In this document: positions 1 to 8,327 of the stretch, one piece after another
Layout: the number at the start of each line of letters is the position of its first letter
Position numbering within the stretch: position 1 is the stretch's first letter
Source of the DNA: an uncultured Victivallales bacterium
Lineage (GTDB): Bacteria > Verrucomicrobiota > Lentisphaeria > Victivallales > UBA1829
Reading direction: 5' to 3'
DNA: 35,682 nucleotides
Assembly: GCA_944389445.1 (NCBI GenBank)
Contig: CALXMJ010000326.1
Coordinates: 1 to 35,682 of the forward strand
Program-made: the position numbers and the translations under genes
Notes under the pieces: model-generated
Seen by the model: the letters and a program-made list of their open reading frames with translations, nothing else
Told to the model about the DNA's origin: nothing
Database searches by the model: none

Positions 1-162
1 CAGATCCCGGGTGTAGAATGAAACGTCGAAGAGTTCTCGTTTTCCTTCCATCGGGGCGCCGAGGGTTCCCCCGATGTTCTTTCCGGTCCAGCAGCCGAGA
101 ACCTTGTCCCGGTATTCTCTGTAATTGATGAAACTTCTGCCCGGTTGTTTGTGATGAAACAT
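1..162 (-). CDS. ADP-ribosylglycohydrolase family protein, 5' fragment (54 codons; gene continues past the left window edge)
   Basis: Not in the ORF track because it has no stop in the window. ATG is the reverse complement of 160-162. AAGGAA (172-177, minus) lies 9 nt upstream. Hand translation MFHHKQPGRSFINYREYRDKVLGCWTGKNIGGTLGAPMEGKRELFDVSFYTRDL stays open to base 1. The DKVLGCW-GKNIGGTLGAP-EG block matches my recollection of the conserved N-terminus of this family. Confidence 0.6.
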   Translation of the reverse strand, partial: MFHHKQPGRSFINYREYRDKVLGCWTGKNIGGTLGAPMEGKRELFDVSFYTRDL

Positions 163-237
163 GTTTCTTGGTTCCTTGTTTTATTTCCATATAGGCTTGT
201 TGTGATGAGAAGGCTTTTTCATGCGTCCGGTTTTCTG

Positions 238-3200
238 TTACCGCCCCCCTTCATACGAGATTTCAAAGCAGGGGGTTCCGTATTTCAGTTTCGAGGTGTC
301 CAGACGGAGGGTCAGCACGCCGTCATGAAGGGAGCAGGAAAGCTCTTCGGCGCGGGTCCCGTCCATGTTCAGAGCATAGACTCTTGGCCGCGTTTTCCGT
401 TCGGAGCGGAATTTCAAATGGAATTTGCCGCTTTGGATCAGCGCCGGGCTTTCTCCGGGATCCGTCATGACGGAGAGGGTCGGATCGGTGAAGGTCTGTC
501 CGCTCGGATGCGAATCCGTGGCGATGATGAGAAGCACGCGCCGTGCCTGCTTCAGAGTCTCCTTCGGATCCAGACTCGCCGCCGCGATACAGGCGGGAAC
601 GGAGCTCTTCTTCACTTTCAGACACTCCAGGGAGACGATCTCGTGTTTCTTGACAATGCAGCCTTCCAGACGCGGTGTGACAACCCTCATGGTTTTCTTC
701 CGGGTGTTCAGCAGCAGTTCTCCGGTTTCGCTTTCATAAATGCCCTCGTGCGGACTGGTTCTGTTTCCCGGCGGCAGAATTCCTTTTTTCCGCAGGAGTT
801 CCGTGAATTCGGCGATTTCCCCGCTGCCGGAAGGATCAATTTGTGCAAAGAATCCCTGAATGGAAAGATTTCCGAATTTCGTCGGCGTGAGAACGAGATC
901 CGCCGCCGGAGCATCGGGATTGCGTTCAGGCGAGCAGGAAACCCCGATCCGGGTCAGCATGGCAAGGCGGTCGTAGTCATCGCTGACTTTGGCAATGCAG
1001 TATTTCGGATACATGATTTCGGGCCGCAGCTGCAGTTCCACCCGGTGCCGGGCCGGTTTGACATCGCCCCGGAGCCAGATCAGCGTTTCCAGAATTTCAT
1101 TGACCCGGCTCATCGGGTCCAGAGCGGAGTCAAAATGAAAATAGATGGGATCCGGATTCCTTTTCTGCACCAGATCCGAATGCACCGTCAGACAGTCCCA
1201 GTCCTGCAGAGCGGCATAGCTGCTGAAATACAGGCCCCGTTCATGCCGGAAACGGTTCGGCGCACTGTGGGAAAACTCCGTCACCAGAAACGGCCGGTCC
1301 GCAAAACGGGTGGAGGCAATCGCGCGCAGATACGGGGAATCCAGAGAGCTTCCCTGGCCGACGAACCGGTTCCGCTGATTCTTCGCCCAGCGGTATTTCG
1401 CATTCGGCCGGATCTCCGGAACCAGGGCGATCGGCATGGGATGATTGAAATAGGTATGGCTCATGATGACGGGCAATGTGTTCTGCACCGGCATGGAAAA
1501 ATTCCTTGTCACCATATCCCACTGGGAATAGAGGCCCAGGTAGCCGATTTCCTGAAGGATGCTCCGGTAGTAGTCGGTCATCTCCAGCATGGTCTCCCGG
1601 ATGAAGTCGCCGATGTCGCGGGAACGGCGCGATCCCTCCTTGAACACGGTCGCCGAGATGGAGACCGTGTCGATGGACGCTGTTTCTCCCCAGACGGCGC
1701 GGAATGCTTTCCCGTCCGGATATTTCCGTTTCAGATAGGCCCGGAACGGTTTCGTGAACAGAAGAGGGAAATTGACATTTTCCAGACGCAGATCCTGTTC
1801 GTTCAGCAATGTGACCACCGCAACCGCGGGATCCTCCTTCAGCGCAAGTCCGGTATAGGGATTGATCCGGTTCATCAGCCACGTGACCGTCATGCGGTAG
1901 TTTTCGCGATAGCGTTCGTTGAAAAAGAGATTCCATTTGAACCCGCTGTTCTCGCCCGGTGTGAGTCCGTCGCGGCCGAACTCGTATCCGTCCGCGGAGC
2001 TCATCAGATCCATGTGAGCGTAGATCCCCCGTTTTTTGAGCGCGTAAAACAAATAGGCGAAAGCGTCGTAGCATGTTTCATTGATTCTCAGGTCCGCTTC
2101 CGTCCGCGCCATTTTTTTCCAGTTGAATCCCTGGCCGAAGGCGAGTTTCGCCTCATGTCCCAGCAGGAAGCGATCCAGAAAATGGAAGCGGACCATGTTA
2201 TATCCGGCGACGGCGATCCGTTCGGCAAGATCCTCCAGTTCCTGATGGGAGAGCAGCTCATAGCGTCCGCGCCAGTCCGTAATCAGAAAATTGAAGGCTT
2301 TGAACCGGATGGGGCGGGGACGTTTTTCCAGCGCGAGATGTCCGTCCTTTCCGGCAATCACCCGGCCGAATTTTCCCGCCGGCGCATGATCCAGAAGAGA
2401 GGAAAAATCCAGCACGGTTCCTTTTCTGTATTCAAAATTCGCCATGTTCATCGGCTTGAATTCCGCAGAAGGAATGAAGCGGACCGGACGGTGAAGGCTC
2501 CCTTTGCTCCAGACAAGTCCGAATCCTCCGCTCCCCGAAAAGAGTCTCACGGCAAGCAGATTCTCCCCTTTTTTCAGCGGAAGAAAAAAACGGAAAAAGC
2601 GCGCCGGTTCCAGATTGCCTGTCTTCCGGGTGCTGTATATGATTTTCCCGTTCAGCCAGCACTCGAAATACCAGTCGGCTCGCATTGCCACTTCCATCCG
2701 GCCGTCCCTGTCGGACGGCAGTTTCATCCAGAGCATTGCGGGTTCCTTTTCAAACTTTGCTCGTCCGAAGACGAGACTTTCCCCTTTTCCCCGCTTCGCG
2801 TTTTCCGGAATGCGGTCCACGGGACCTTTCCCCCGCAGATAGAAATACTCGCGATTCAGCGAATAGGGAATTTCGGTCCGGACGGGGCGGAGTGTGACCG
2901 GACCGAGGTGAACCGTCGTATGATCGGGCAGGTGAAAGGTGACCTTGAAGTCCGTGACGGAGACTTGAAACTCCACTTTTTTCCATTCGGGCGACAGCGG
3001 AAACGTCTCTCCTTTCCCTCCGCCGCATCGGACTTCTCCTTTTCCCTTCCGGTCGGCCTTGATGAAAAAGGAGAGCCGGCAGCGGTCCGCCCGTTCCAAC
3101 GTCTGTTTGCCCGGCAGACAGGAAAACGCGGCGTCCGTTCCGGTTTTGATGCGGACCGATGTGTAATAATCCGGCGTTTTCTGCGATTCGTCAATCGCGC

Positions 3201-3321
3201 AGTCGGCGTTTCGCGAGGCCGTTTGTTTCAGTTCTCCCGTGAAGTCGAATCTCCATTCGGGAGTTTGCGCACAGAGCGATGCTGCAAGCAGCATGCTGGA
3301 GAAAATCAGTGATTTCAACAT
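238..3321 (-). CDS. Large secreted glycoside-hydrolase-like protein (TIM-barrel clan GH-A-like core plus beta-sandwich/jelly-roll segments), 1027 aa
   Basis: ORF 238..3453, trimmed to the ATG at 3319-3321. That start opens a textbook signal peptide (MLKSLIFSSMLLAASLCAQ) and has AAGGA 6 nt upstream. The core contains ...AVVTLLNEQDL..., an Asn-Glu acid/base-like strand end typical of GH5/GH42-type barrels. A jelly-roll-like segment is ADWYFECWLNGKIIY...LLAVRLFSG. The exact CAZy family is not assignable by eye. Confidence 0.8.
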   Translation of the reverse strand: MLKSLIFSSMLLAASLCAQTPEWRFDFTGELKQTASRNADCAIDESQKTPDYYTSVRIKTGTDAAFSCLPGKQTLERADRCRLSFFIKADRKGKGEVRCGGGKGETFPLSPEWKKVEFQVSVTDFKVTFHLPDHTTVHLGPVTLRPVRTEIPYSLNREYFYLRGKGPVDRIPENAKRGKGESLVFGRAKFEKEPAMLWMKLPSDRDGRMEVAMRADWYFECWLNGKIIYSTRKTGNLEPARFFRFFLPLKKGENLLAVRLFSGSGGFGLVWSKGSLHRPVRFIPSAEFKPMNMANFEYRKGTVLDFSSLLDHAPAGKFGRVIAGKDGHLALEKRPRPIRFKAFNFLITDWRGRYELLSHQELEDLAERIAVAGYNMVRFHFLDRFLLGHEAKLAFGQGFNWKKMARTEADLRINETCYDAFAYLFYALKKRGIYAHMDLMSSADGYEFGRDGLTPGENSGFKWNLFFNERYRENYRMTVTWLMNRINPYTGLALKEDPAVAVVTLLNEQDLRLENVNFPLLFTKPFRAYLKRKYPDGKAFRAVWGETASIDTVSISATVFKEGSRRSRDIGDFIRETMLEMTDYYRSILQEIGYLGLYSQWDMVTRNFSMPVQNTLPVIMSHTYFNHPMPIALVPEIRPNAKYRWAKNQRNRFVGQGSSLDSPYLRAIASTRFADRPFLVTEFSHSAPNRFRHERGLYFSSYAALQDWDCLTVHSDLVQKRNPDPIYFHFDSALDPMSRVNEILETLIWLRGDVKPARHRVELQLRPEIMYPKYCIAKVSDDYDRLAMLTRIGVSCSPERNPDAPAADLVLTPTKFGNLSIQGFFAQIDPSGSGEIAEFTELLRKKGILPPGNRTSPHEGIYESETGELLLNTRKKTMRVVTPRLEGCIVKKHEIVSLECLKVKKSSVPACIAAASLDPKETLKQARRVLLIIATDSHPSGQTFTDPTLSVMTDPGESPALIQSGKFHLKFRSERKTRPRVYALNMDGTRAEELSCSLHDGVLTLRLDTSKLKYGTPCFEISYEGGR

Positions 3322-3355
3322 GGAAGATCCTTTTGCGTTTGTGAGAAGAGCCCTG

Positions 3356-4099
3356 TCATTGCGGAATCCAGTTTTCATTGAAGGTGTCCCTCGGCTGATA
3401 CCGGAACGTCCTGACGCTGCTGTCCACAAACAGGAACGGGGAGGACAGTGCATGTTTCCAGCCGACCCCGTAGGGATTGGTCAGCATCCTTGTGACATAT
3501 CCGCCGACGGGGGAGGTGCAGTGGTAGGTTTTGATATCGCTTCTGATGTCAAACCAGTCCTGATCGGAAAGAATCGCGGAGCCGCGCATGACGGTGGAGA
3601 ACTTGCGGTAACGGGTCAGTTCGGCGGATTCATTGATCCATCCGCCGGCGTTCGGATTGGAGAAAAACGTTCCCAGAGTCCGGTTTGTCGTCGCCATGTA
3701 TGTGGTGTAATAACTGTTTCCTGTGGCGTCGCCGCCGAGCCAGGCGCGGGAGGTCGTCGGCCGGGTCTGCTCCGGGCAGAAGAAGACTCCCCTGGGTTGT
3801 CCGAACGAGGCTTGTTTGTAGATGAAATCGCCCTCGAATCCCCCATACAGATCCTGTTTGATATAGGCAAGGAGGCTGTAGGTATGTTCTCCGTAATCCT
3901 GTTTGGTGTAAGGCAGCCAGTCGTTGTTGTCGTTGATATAGGAGACCAGTCCCTGACCGATGGTTCGCATATTGTTGACGCAGCTGACCAGTCTGGCTTT
4001 CACCATGGCGGAATTCAGCGCCGGAAGCAGGAGCGAAGCTAAAATTGCAATAATTGCAATAACGACAAGAAGTTCTATCAATGTAAATTTCATTTTCAT
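3356..4099 (-). CDS. Prepilin-type N-terminal cleavage/methylation domain protein with C-terminal H-X9-D[GS] motif (DUF1559-like pseudopilin-like protein)
   Basis: N-terminus [28 protein letters not shown] is the type IV pilin / T2SS pseudopilin motif. The C-terminus has [15 protein letters not shown] (H-X9-DS). I prefer the ATG at 4097-4099, with GAGGAG 12 nt upstream. ATGs at 4120 and 4093 are alternatives. The gene sits 34 nt upstream of the secreted glycosidase-like gene. Confidence 0.85.
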   Translation of the reverse strand: MKMKFTLIELLVVIAIIAILASLLLPALNSAMVKARLVSCVNNMRTIGQGLVSYINDNNDWLPYTKQDYGEHTYSLLAYIKQDLYGGFEGDFIYKQASFGQPRGVFFCPEQTRPTTSRAWLGGDATGNSYYTTYMATTNRTLGTFFSNPNAGGWINESAELTRYRKFSTVMRGSAILSDQDWFDIRSDIKTYHCTSPVGGYVTRMLTNPYGVGWKHALSSPFLFVDSSVRTFRYQPRDTFNENWIPQ

Positions 4100-4163
4100 T
4101 TTTTCTTTTCTTCTCCTCATTTTTCTTTTTTCCTTTTTGAACCGGTTCTTGTTCTTTGTTTTA

Positions 4164-4192
4164 ATTATAATTCAAAACAAAACAAGAGGCAA
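4164..4192 (-). promoter_or_regulatory. Candidate sigma70-type promoter for the pseudopilin-like/glycosidase operon (TTGCCT-N17-TATAAT)
   Basis: On the minus strand, -35 TTGCCT is the reverse complement of 4187-4192 and -10 TATAAT is the reverse complement of 4164-4169. The spacer was counted as 17 nt. Sequence match only. Confidence 0.35.
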
Positions 4193-4295
4193 CCCCTCAA
4201 AACAGAAAAAGACCGCAAAAAACCGCAAACAGGGTTCTATGCTTCATGATTCTCCGGAGGAAACATAAAAAAACAGTTTTTTTTGGGAATTGTAT

Positions 4296-4323
4296 TTGAC
4301 AAATTGCGAAAAGGCTGTATTTT
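4296..4323 (+). promoter_or_regulatory. Candidate promoter for tRNA-Lys (TTGACA-N16-TATTTT)
   Basis: Perfect -35 TTGACA at 4296-4301 and TATTTT at 4318-4323. The mature tRNA 5' end lies about 35 nt downstream. Confidence 0.4.
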
Positions 4324-4357
4324 ATACACATCTGCACAAGATAAGATGAACTCGAGT

Positions 4358-4433
4358 GAGTCGGTAGCTCAGTCGGTAGAGCATCGCCCTTTTAAGGCGG
4401 TGGTCCCGGGTTCGAGCCCCGGCCGACTCACCA
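4358..4433 (+). tRNA. tRNA-Lys (anticodon UUU), CCA encoded
   Basis: Cloverleaf folded by hand. Acceptor stem GAGTCGG/CCGACTC. D arm GCTC-AGTCGGTA-GAGC. Anticodon stem TCGCC/GGCGG with loop CTTTTAA (anticodon TTT). T arm CCGGG-TTCGAGC-CCCGG. Discriminator A followed by CCA, then a T7 run. Confidence 0.95.
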
Positions 4434-4538
4434 TTTTTTTCCAAATCTTATGAACCCTGCCGGTTATTCGCTTTTGCAGACAGTTCACCCTCTCCGCAAA
4501 ATCCGGAGCTCGGCTTTGATACGGAGAAAGTTTTCCTT

Positions 4539-5162
4539 ATGGAGATTCAGCGATTAGGGGTGGCTTTGATCCTTTCCGGTCCCAGCGGATCGGGAAAATC
4601 CAGCATCAGCAAAGAGGTGATGAAACAGCATCCGGAGGTTTGTTTTTCCATTTCCTGCACGACAAGGCCTCCGCGCGGAGCGGAGCGCGATGGCGTTGAT
4701 TATTATTTTCTTTCCCGCGGGGATTTTGAGAAAAAGATTGCGGAGGATGCGTTTATCGAGTATGCGGAGGTGCATGGCAATTTCTATGGGACGCTGAAGT
4801 CCGAGGTCGTTGACCGGGTCTCGCAGGGGGTTGACGTTATCCTGGACATTGATGTACAGGGGGCGGCGAAGGTCCGGGAGCTCTGCCGGAAGGATGCGCT
4901 TTTCGATGCCTGCGCTGAATTTGTTTTTGTTGCTCCGCCTTCCCATGCCGAACTGGAACGGAGACTCCGGGGGCGTGCCACTGATTCCGAAGAAGTCATT
5001 CAGAAGAGACTTTGCAATTCCAAACTTGAAATCAGCCGCTGGAGGGAGTATTCTTATTTGCTGATCAACGATGATTTCGCCGGAGCCGTGGAAAAGTTCG
5101 ACTCCCTGCTTCTGGCGTTCAGAATGTCCACCAAACGATGGAAAGAGGATGTCAATGGCTGA
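4539..5162 (+). CDS. gmk: Guanylate kinase
   Basis: P-loop GPSGSGKSS, then CTTRPPRGAERDGVDYYF and EYAEVHGNFYGT, which are classic Gmk motifs. ATG at 4539 with GGAGAAAG upstream. Confidence 0.95.
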   Translation: MEIQRLGVALILSGPSGSGKSSISKEVMKQHPEVCFSISCTTRPPRGAERDGVDYYFLSRGDFEKKIAEDAFIEYAEVHGNFYGTLKSEVVDRVSQGVDVILDIDVQGAAKVRELCRKDALFDACAEFVFVAPPSHAELERRLRGRATDSEEVIQKRLCNSKLEISRWREYSYLLINDDFAGAVEKFDSLLLAFRMSTKRWKEDVNG

Positions 5163-5691
5163 AAAAAACGCGATCCTGCTCGGAGTCACCGGCGGAATTG
5201 CCGCATACAAAGCGGCGGATCTCTGCTCCAAACTGACCACCCTGAATTACGACGTGCATGTGATGATGACCGATGCGGCGCGTCATCTGATTTCCGACAA
5301 ACTTTTTTTTACGCTTTCCCGCAACCCTGTGATCTTCGATCTCTGGCAGACTCCCACCTGGCGGCCGGGCCACATTGAGATTTCAGAGCTCTGTTCCCTG
5401 ATGGTCATTGCTCCGTGCACCGCGAATTTCCTCGGCAAGTACGCCAACGGAATCGCGGATGACGCCCTGACCACGACCGCAATGGCGTACAACGGTCCCG
5501 TTCTCCTTGCTCCTGCGATGAATACCCGCATGTGGCACAGTCCTGCTGTTCAGCGCAACTGCGCCGCGCTGAGAAGCTGGGGCGTCAATTTTGTCGGGCC
5601 GGGATCGGGTCGGCTTGCCTGCGGCGACAACGGCGAGGGACGCATGGCGGAAGTCCCGGAAATCCTGGAAAAAATCCGCGAACTGCTCTGA
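5155..5691 (+). CDS. coaC: Phosphopantothenoylcysteine decarboxylase-type flavoprotein (CoaC domain only, 178 aa)
   Basis: Motifs GVTGGIAAYKAADLCSKL, PCTANFLGKYANGIADD, LAPAMNTRMW and GRLACGDNGEGRMAE match the CoaC half of Dfp/CoaBC. No CoaB (CTP-ligase) half follows. I chose the ATG at 5155, which overlaps the gmk stop (ATGGCTGA). Confidence 0.85.
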   Translation: MAEKNAILLGVTGGIAAYKAADLCSKLTTLNYDVHVMMTDAARHLISDKLFFTLSRNPVIFDLWQTPTWRPGHIEISELCSLMVIAPCTANFLGKYANGIADDALTTTAMAYNGPVLLAPAMNTRMWHSPAVQRNCAALRSWGVNFVGPGSGRLACGDNGEGRMAEVPEILEKIRELL

Positions 5692-5698
5692 GCCTCAT

Positions 5699-6532
5699 AT
5701 GATCCCGGCGGCAGATACCAGACTGTTCTCGTTTCCGGAGCTCCATCTTGAAACCGTGACATGCACCAGGCTGGGGGAGGCATGGAATGGAATCCGGCTC
5801 GGCGGTTATTACTGGCGATTGTACCATCATGATTCCGGCGGGGCAGGGGTTTATCTGCGGGGCCGGAAAGTGGAGCTGCGTCCAGATCGTCTTTATCTTC
5901 TGCCGCCGAATTGCGATCTGCTCACATGGAATGCCGGCAGTCCTCTTCAAGTTTATCTGCATTTCGAATTGACGGGTGTGGTCGGAAGCGGGGTGCGGCT
6001 GCTGAACGAACTGCCGCTGGAGGGGGCGTTGCGGGAGCTTTATCTGGAGCTGGAACGGAATCTGACATCGCCCGGTGCGGATTTTTTCCGGCGCAGTTTC
6101 CTTGCGTCTGCACTGGCCGCCGCTGCCGCCGCGAGATTGCCGGAGGATGCCTTCTGTGAAATCACGTCCGATTCCCGTATTATTGAACTTTGTGCCATGA
6201 TGCGTGAAAAACTTGCTCTGCCCCTGAATGTGGAGGCGATGGGACGTTCCATCGGGCTTTCGGAAAATGCGTTTCTCCGCCTGTTCCGGGAGCAGACAGG
6301 CGTAACTCCCTACCAGTATCTTCTCCACCTGCGTTATTCCCGGGCGGCCCATCTGCTGGTTTCCGGGATGTCGACCATTGATGGCATCTGCGAAGCGGTC
6401 GGCATCAGGGATCGCTTTCATTTTTCCAGAACGTTTAAAAAACTGTACGGCACATCGCCTGGCGAGTATCGGAAAAACGTCATCGGCATTATGAAGCGTT
6501 TCCGGGATGAAAACGGTGCGAGGCTTCCATGA
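5699..6532 (+). CDS. AraC family transcriptional regulator (N-terminal cupin-like sensor, C-terminal double HTH)
   Basis: C-terminal region: MGRSIGLSENAFLRLFREQTGVTPYQYLLHLRYSRAAHLL...GIRDRFHFSRTFKKLYGTSPGEYRK. Trimmed to the ATG at 5699 (MIPAADTRLF), 8 nt after the coaC stop. Confidence 0.85.
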   Translation: MIPAADTRLFSFPELHLETVTCTRLGEAWNGIRLGGYYWRLYHHDSGGAGVYLRGRKVELRPDRLYLLPPNCDLLTWNAGSPLQVYLHFELTGVVGSGVRLLNELPLEGALRELYLELERNLTSPGADFFRRSFLASALAAAAAARLPEDAFCEITSDSRIIELCAMMREKLALPLNVEAMGRSIGLSENAFLRLFREQTGVTPYQYLLHLRYSRAAHLLVSGMSTIDGICEAVGIRDRFHFSRTFKKLYGTSPGEYRKNVIGIMKRFRDENGARLP

Positions 6533-7485
6533 GCCCGGCGAGGAAAACGACTTTGCGTGATATCGCCGGGGAACTTGGAATTTCCATTTCCCAGGCATCC
6601 AGGGCGTTGAACCGGAAGCCGGATGTCGCTCCCGAGATTCGAGCGAAGGTCCTTGCTCTGGCAAATCAGCGCAACTATCGGAACATATCTGGAAAACACA
6701 CGAAAACCATCGGTGTGCTTGTCCCCTGGATGAGTGCATCGCTGGTTCCCTATTTCAACCAGTTGATTGTGCAGACAAAGGCTCGGAACCTGCAGCTGCT
6801 TTTCATTCCGCCGAATGGTCTTGGGCTTCTTGACAGCCAGCTGATTGACGGTGCTGTCACGATTGATTCCCGGATTCCCTCCGAATGGAGCAGCTGGTAT
6901 AATATTCCGCTGGTTGTTGTCAACCACTTCGGCTGGGCGCTGGACAATATCTGCAGTGTTTTTCCCGATGCGGATGGAGAAAGCAGACTTGTCATGGAGC
7001 ATCTCATCCAGCTTGGTCACCGGAAAATCGCCCGGTTACGGCGAACGGCTGCCACCGAGCGGGAGTTGAACCGGGGGCTCGGAGAATTTTACCGGATCGC
7101 GGATCAATATGGAATTCGGGAGAGCGTCTGCAATCTCTGTCTGGAGCAGGAGGAGGATTATGTGCAGGCTCTCCGCCATTTGCTGGCGGAAGGCTTTACC
7201 GCGTTCATCGTTATTCCGATGGAATGGACTGCTCTGTCCATGAAGACGATTTATGATTCGGGAAAGGAGATCCCGCGGGATGTTTCGCTGATTACTTATG
7301 AGGACAGCCGATTTTCTCCATTTCAGACTCCGCCGCTGACCACTCTTGAGTTCGATTACCCGGAACTTGTACGGAACGCGCTGGATCAGCTTCTTCTGGA
7401 AATGCGCGGACAGAATGGAAAAAGCCAGATCATTGTGCCGACAAAACTGCTGGTTCGCGGTTCCACGGGATTGTGTCCGCAGTGA
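6529..7485 (+). CDS. LacI family transcriptional regulator
   Basis: N-terminal HTH TLRDIAGELGISISQASRALNRKPDVAPEIRAKVLALANQRNY, followed by a periplasmic-binding-protein-like fold. The start ATG overlaps the AraC stop (ATGA at 6529-6532). Confidence 0.9.
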   Translation: MSPARKTTLRDIAGELGISISQASRALNRKPDVAPEIRAKVLALANQRNYRNISGKHTKTIGVLVPWMSASLVPYFNQLIVQTKARNLQLLFIPPNGLGLLDSQLIDGAVTIDSRIPSEWSSWYNIPLVVVNHFGWALDNICSVFPDADGESRLVMEHLIQLGHRKIARLRRTAATERELNRGLGEFYRIADQYGIRESVCNLCLEQEEDYVQALRHLLAEGFTAFIVIPMEWTALSMKTIYDSGKEIPRDVSLITYEDSRFSPFQTPPLTTLEFDYPELVRNALDQLLLEMRGQNGKSQIIVPTKLLVRGSTGLCPQ

Positions 7486-7552
7486 ACCGCTCTTTTCGTT
7501 GCTTTTTTTTTCACAAAAATATCAATGATGTATCTTTTTTTTTCGACAGGTC

Positions 7553-7581
7553 TTGTTTCCCGGAGGAATGCGCGGTATAAT
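7553..7581 (+). promoter_or_regulatory. Candidate promoter for the isomerase gene (TTGTTT-N17-TATAAT)
   Basis: TTGTTT at 7553-7558 and TATAAT at 7576-7581. TAAGGAG Shine-Dalgarno at 7599-7605, 8 nt before the ATG at 7614. Confidence 0.35.
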
Positions 7582-7613
7582 ACAGGCAGTCACTAAAATA
7601 AGGAGTTGTTCTT

Positions 7614-8327
7614 ATGCTGACATCCCGACTTGGCATTCAAAGCTGGTGTTTCCGGTCCTACAAGGAGACCGGGAAACTGATTGAGGCGCTGAAACTCTGC
7701 GGCGTCGACCGGATCGAACTGTGCGGAATCCACATTGATCTCAACCATCCGCAGGAGACTTTGAAGCAGTTCTCCGACAACGGCATCCGGATTTCCTCAT
7801 TCGGCGTGAACGGATTTACCACGGATGAGGCGGCGGCAAGGAAGGTTTTTGAATTCGCCGTCATGGCGGATTTTCCCGTGATCAGTGCGGATCTTGCTTC
7901 CGGCGCGCTGGATCTGGTGGAGAAGCTCTGTGCCGAATACGGCAGGAAAATCGCGATTCACAATCATGGACGCAAACACAAACTGGGACCGGTTTGGGCT
8001 CTGGAGGATCTGTTCCGCCGTTCCAGCGAGAACATCGGGCTCTGTCTTGATACGGCCTGGATGCTGGATTCCGGAGAGAATCCGCTTGAGATCGCCAGAA
8101 AATACCGTTCCCGTCTCTATGGAACCCATATCAAGGATTTCGTCTTCGACCGGGCGGGAAAACCGGAGGATGTCGTCGTCGGTACGGGAAATCTGGATCT
8201 TCCCGCATATCTTGCGTATCTGCGCGAGACGGATTATCAGGGCTATCTGACTCTGGAATACGAAGGGGATGCGGACAATCCGGTTCCTGCGCTCAAGCAG
8301 TGTGTCGAAGCGATCCGAAAGGCGTAA
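7614..8327 (+). CDS. Sugar phosphate isomerase/epimerase (xylose-isomerase-like TIM barrel)
   Basis: Family-typical strand-end motifs: IELCG, IAIHNHG, LCLDTAWM, THIKD, LTLEYEG. Strong Shine-Dalgarno. Confidence 0.85.
   Translation: MLTSRLGIQSWCFRSYKETGKLIEALKLCGVDRIELCGIHIDLNHPQETLKQFSDNGIRISSFGVNGFTTDEAAARKVFEFAVMADFPVISADLASGALDLVEKLCAEYGRKIAIHNHGRKHKLGPVWALEDLFRRSSENIGLCLDTAWMLDSGENPLEIARKYRSRLYGTHIKDFVFDRAGKPEDVVVGTGNLDLPAYLAYLRETDYQGYLTLEYEGDADNPVPALKQCVEAIRKA

Noticed and set aside
1241-2074. 277-aa same-strand alternative-frame ORF inside the glycosidase-like gene (similarly 24042-24659 inside wzm)
   Set aside because: They are nested out-of-frame ORFs with no start context or motifs. 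The enclosing frames are well supported.
145-3312. 1055-aa plus-strand ORF spanning the whole glycosidase-like gene on the opposite strand
   Set aside because: It is codon-aligned with the minus-strand gene, so its stops would correspond to sense TTA, CTA and TCA codons, which this high-GC gene simply avoids. Its product is Arg/Gly/Pro-rich with no motifs, signal or Shine-Dalgarno. The minus-strand frame has a signal peptide, a Shine-Dalgarno and hydrolase-like motifs. It is a shadow ORF.
3322-3453. N-terminal extensions offered by the ORF track (3322-3453, 18101-18235, 19654-19776, 28887-29081, 5071-5154, 5591-5698, 29232-29291)
   Set aside because: The extensions overlap upstream genes or promoters and lack family similarity. 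Several begin at TTG or GTG. Internal ATGs have better Shine-Dalgarno spacing and reproduce typical family N-termini or signal peptides.
4358-4433. tRNA-Lys as an integration site for a genomic island or prophage
   Set aside because: There is no integrase or recombinase, no visible direct repeat of the tRNA 3' end, and both flanks are ordinary high-GC genes. The low-GC cassette starts about 8.6 kb away and is not tRNA-adjacent.
5585-6739. 384-aa minus-strand ORF antisense to the AraC/LacI genes
   Set aside because: Shadow ORF. It shows low-complexity Arg/Pro-rich translation, and the plus strand encodes clear HTH regulators.
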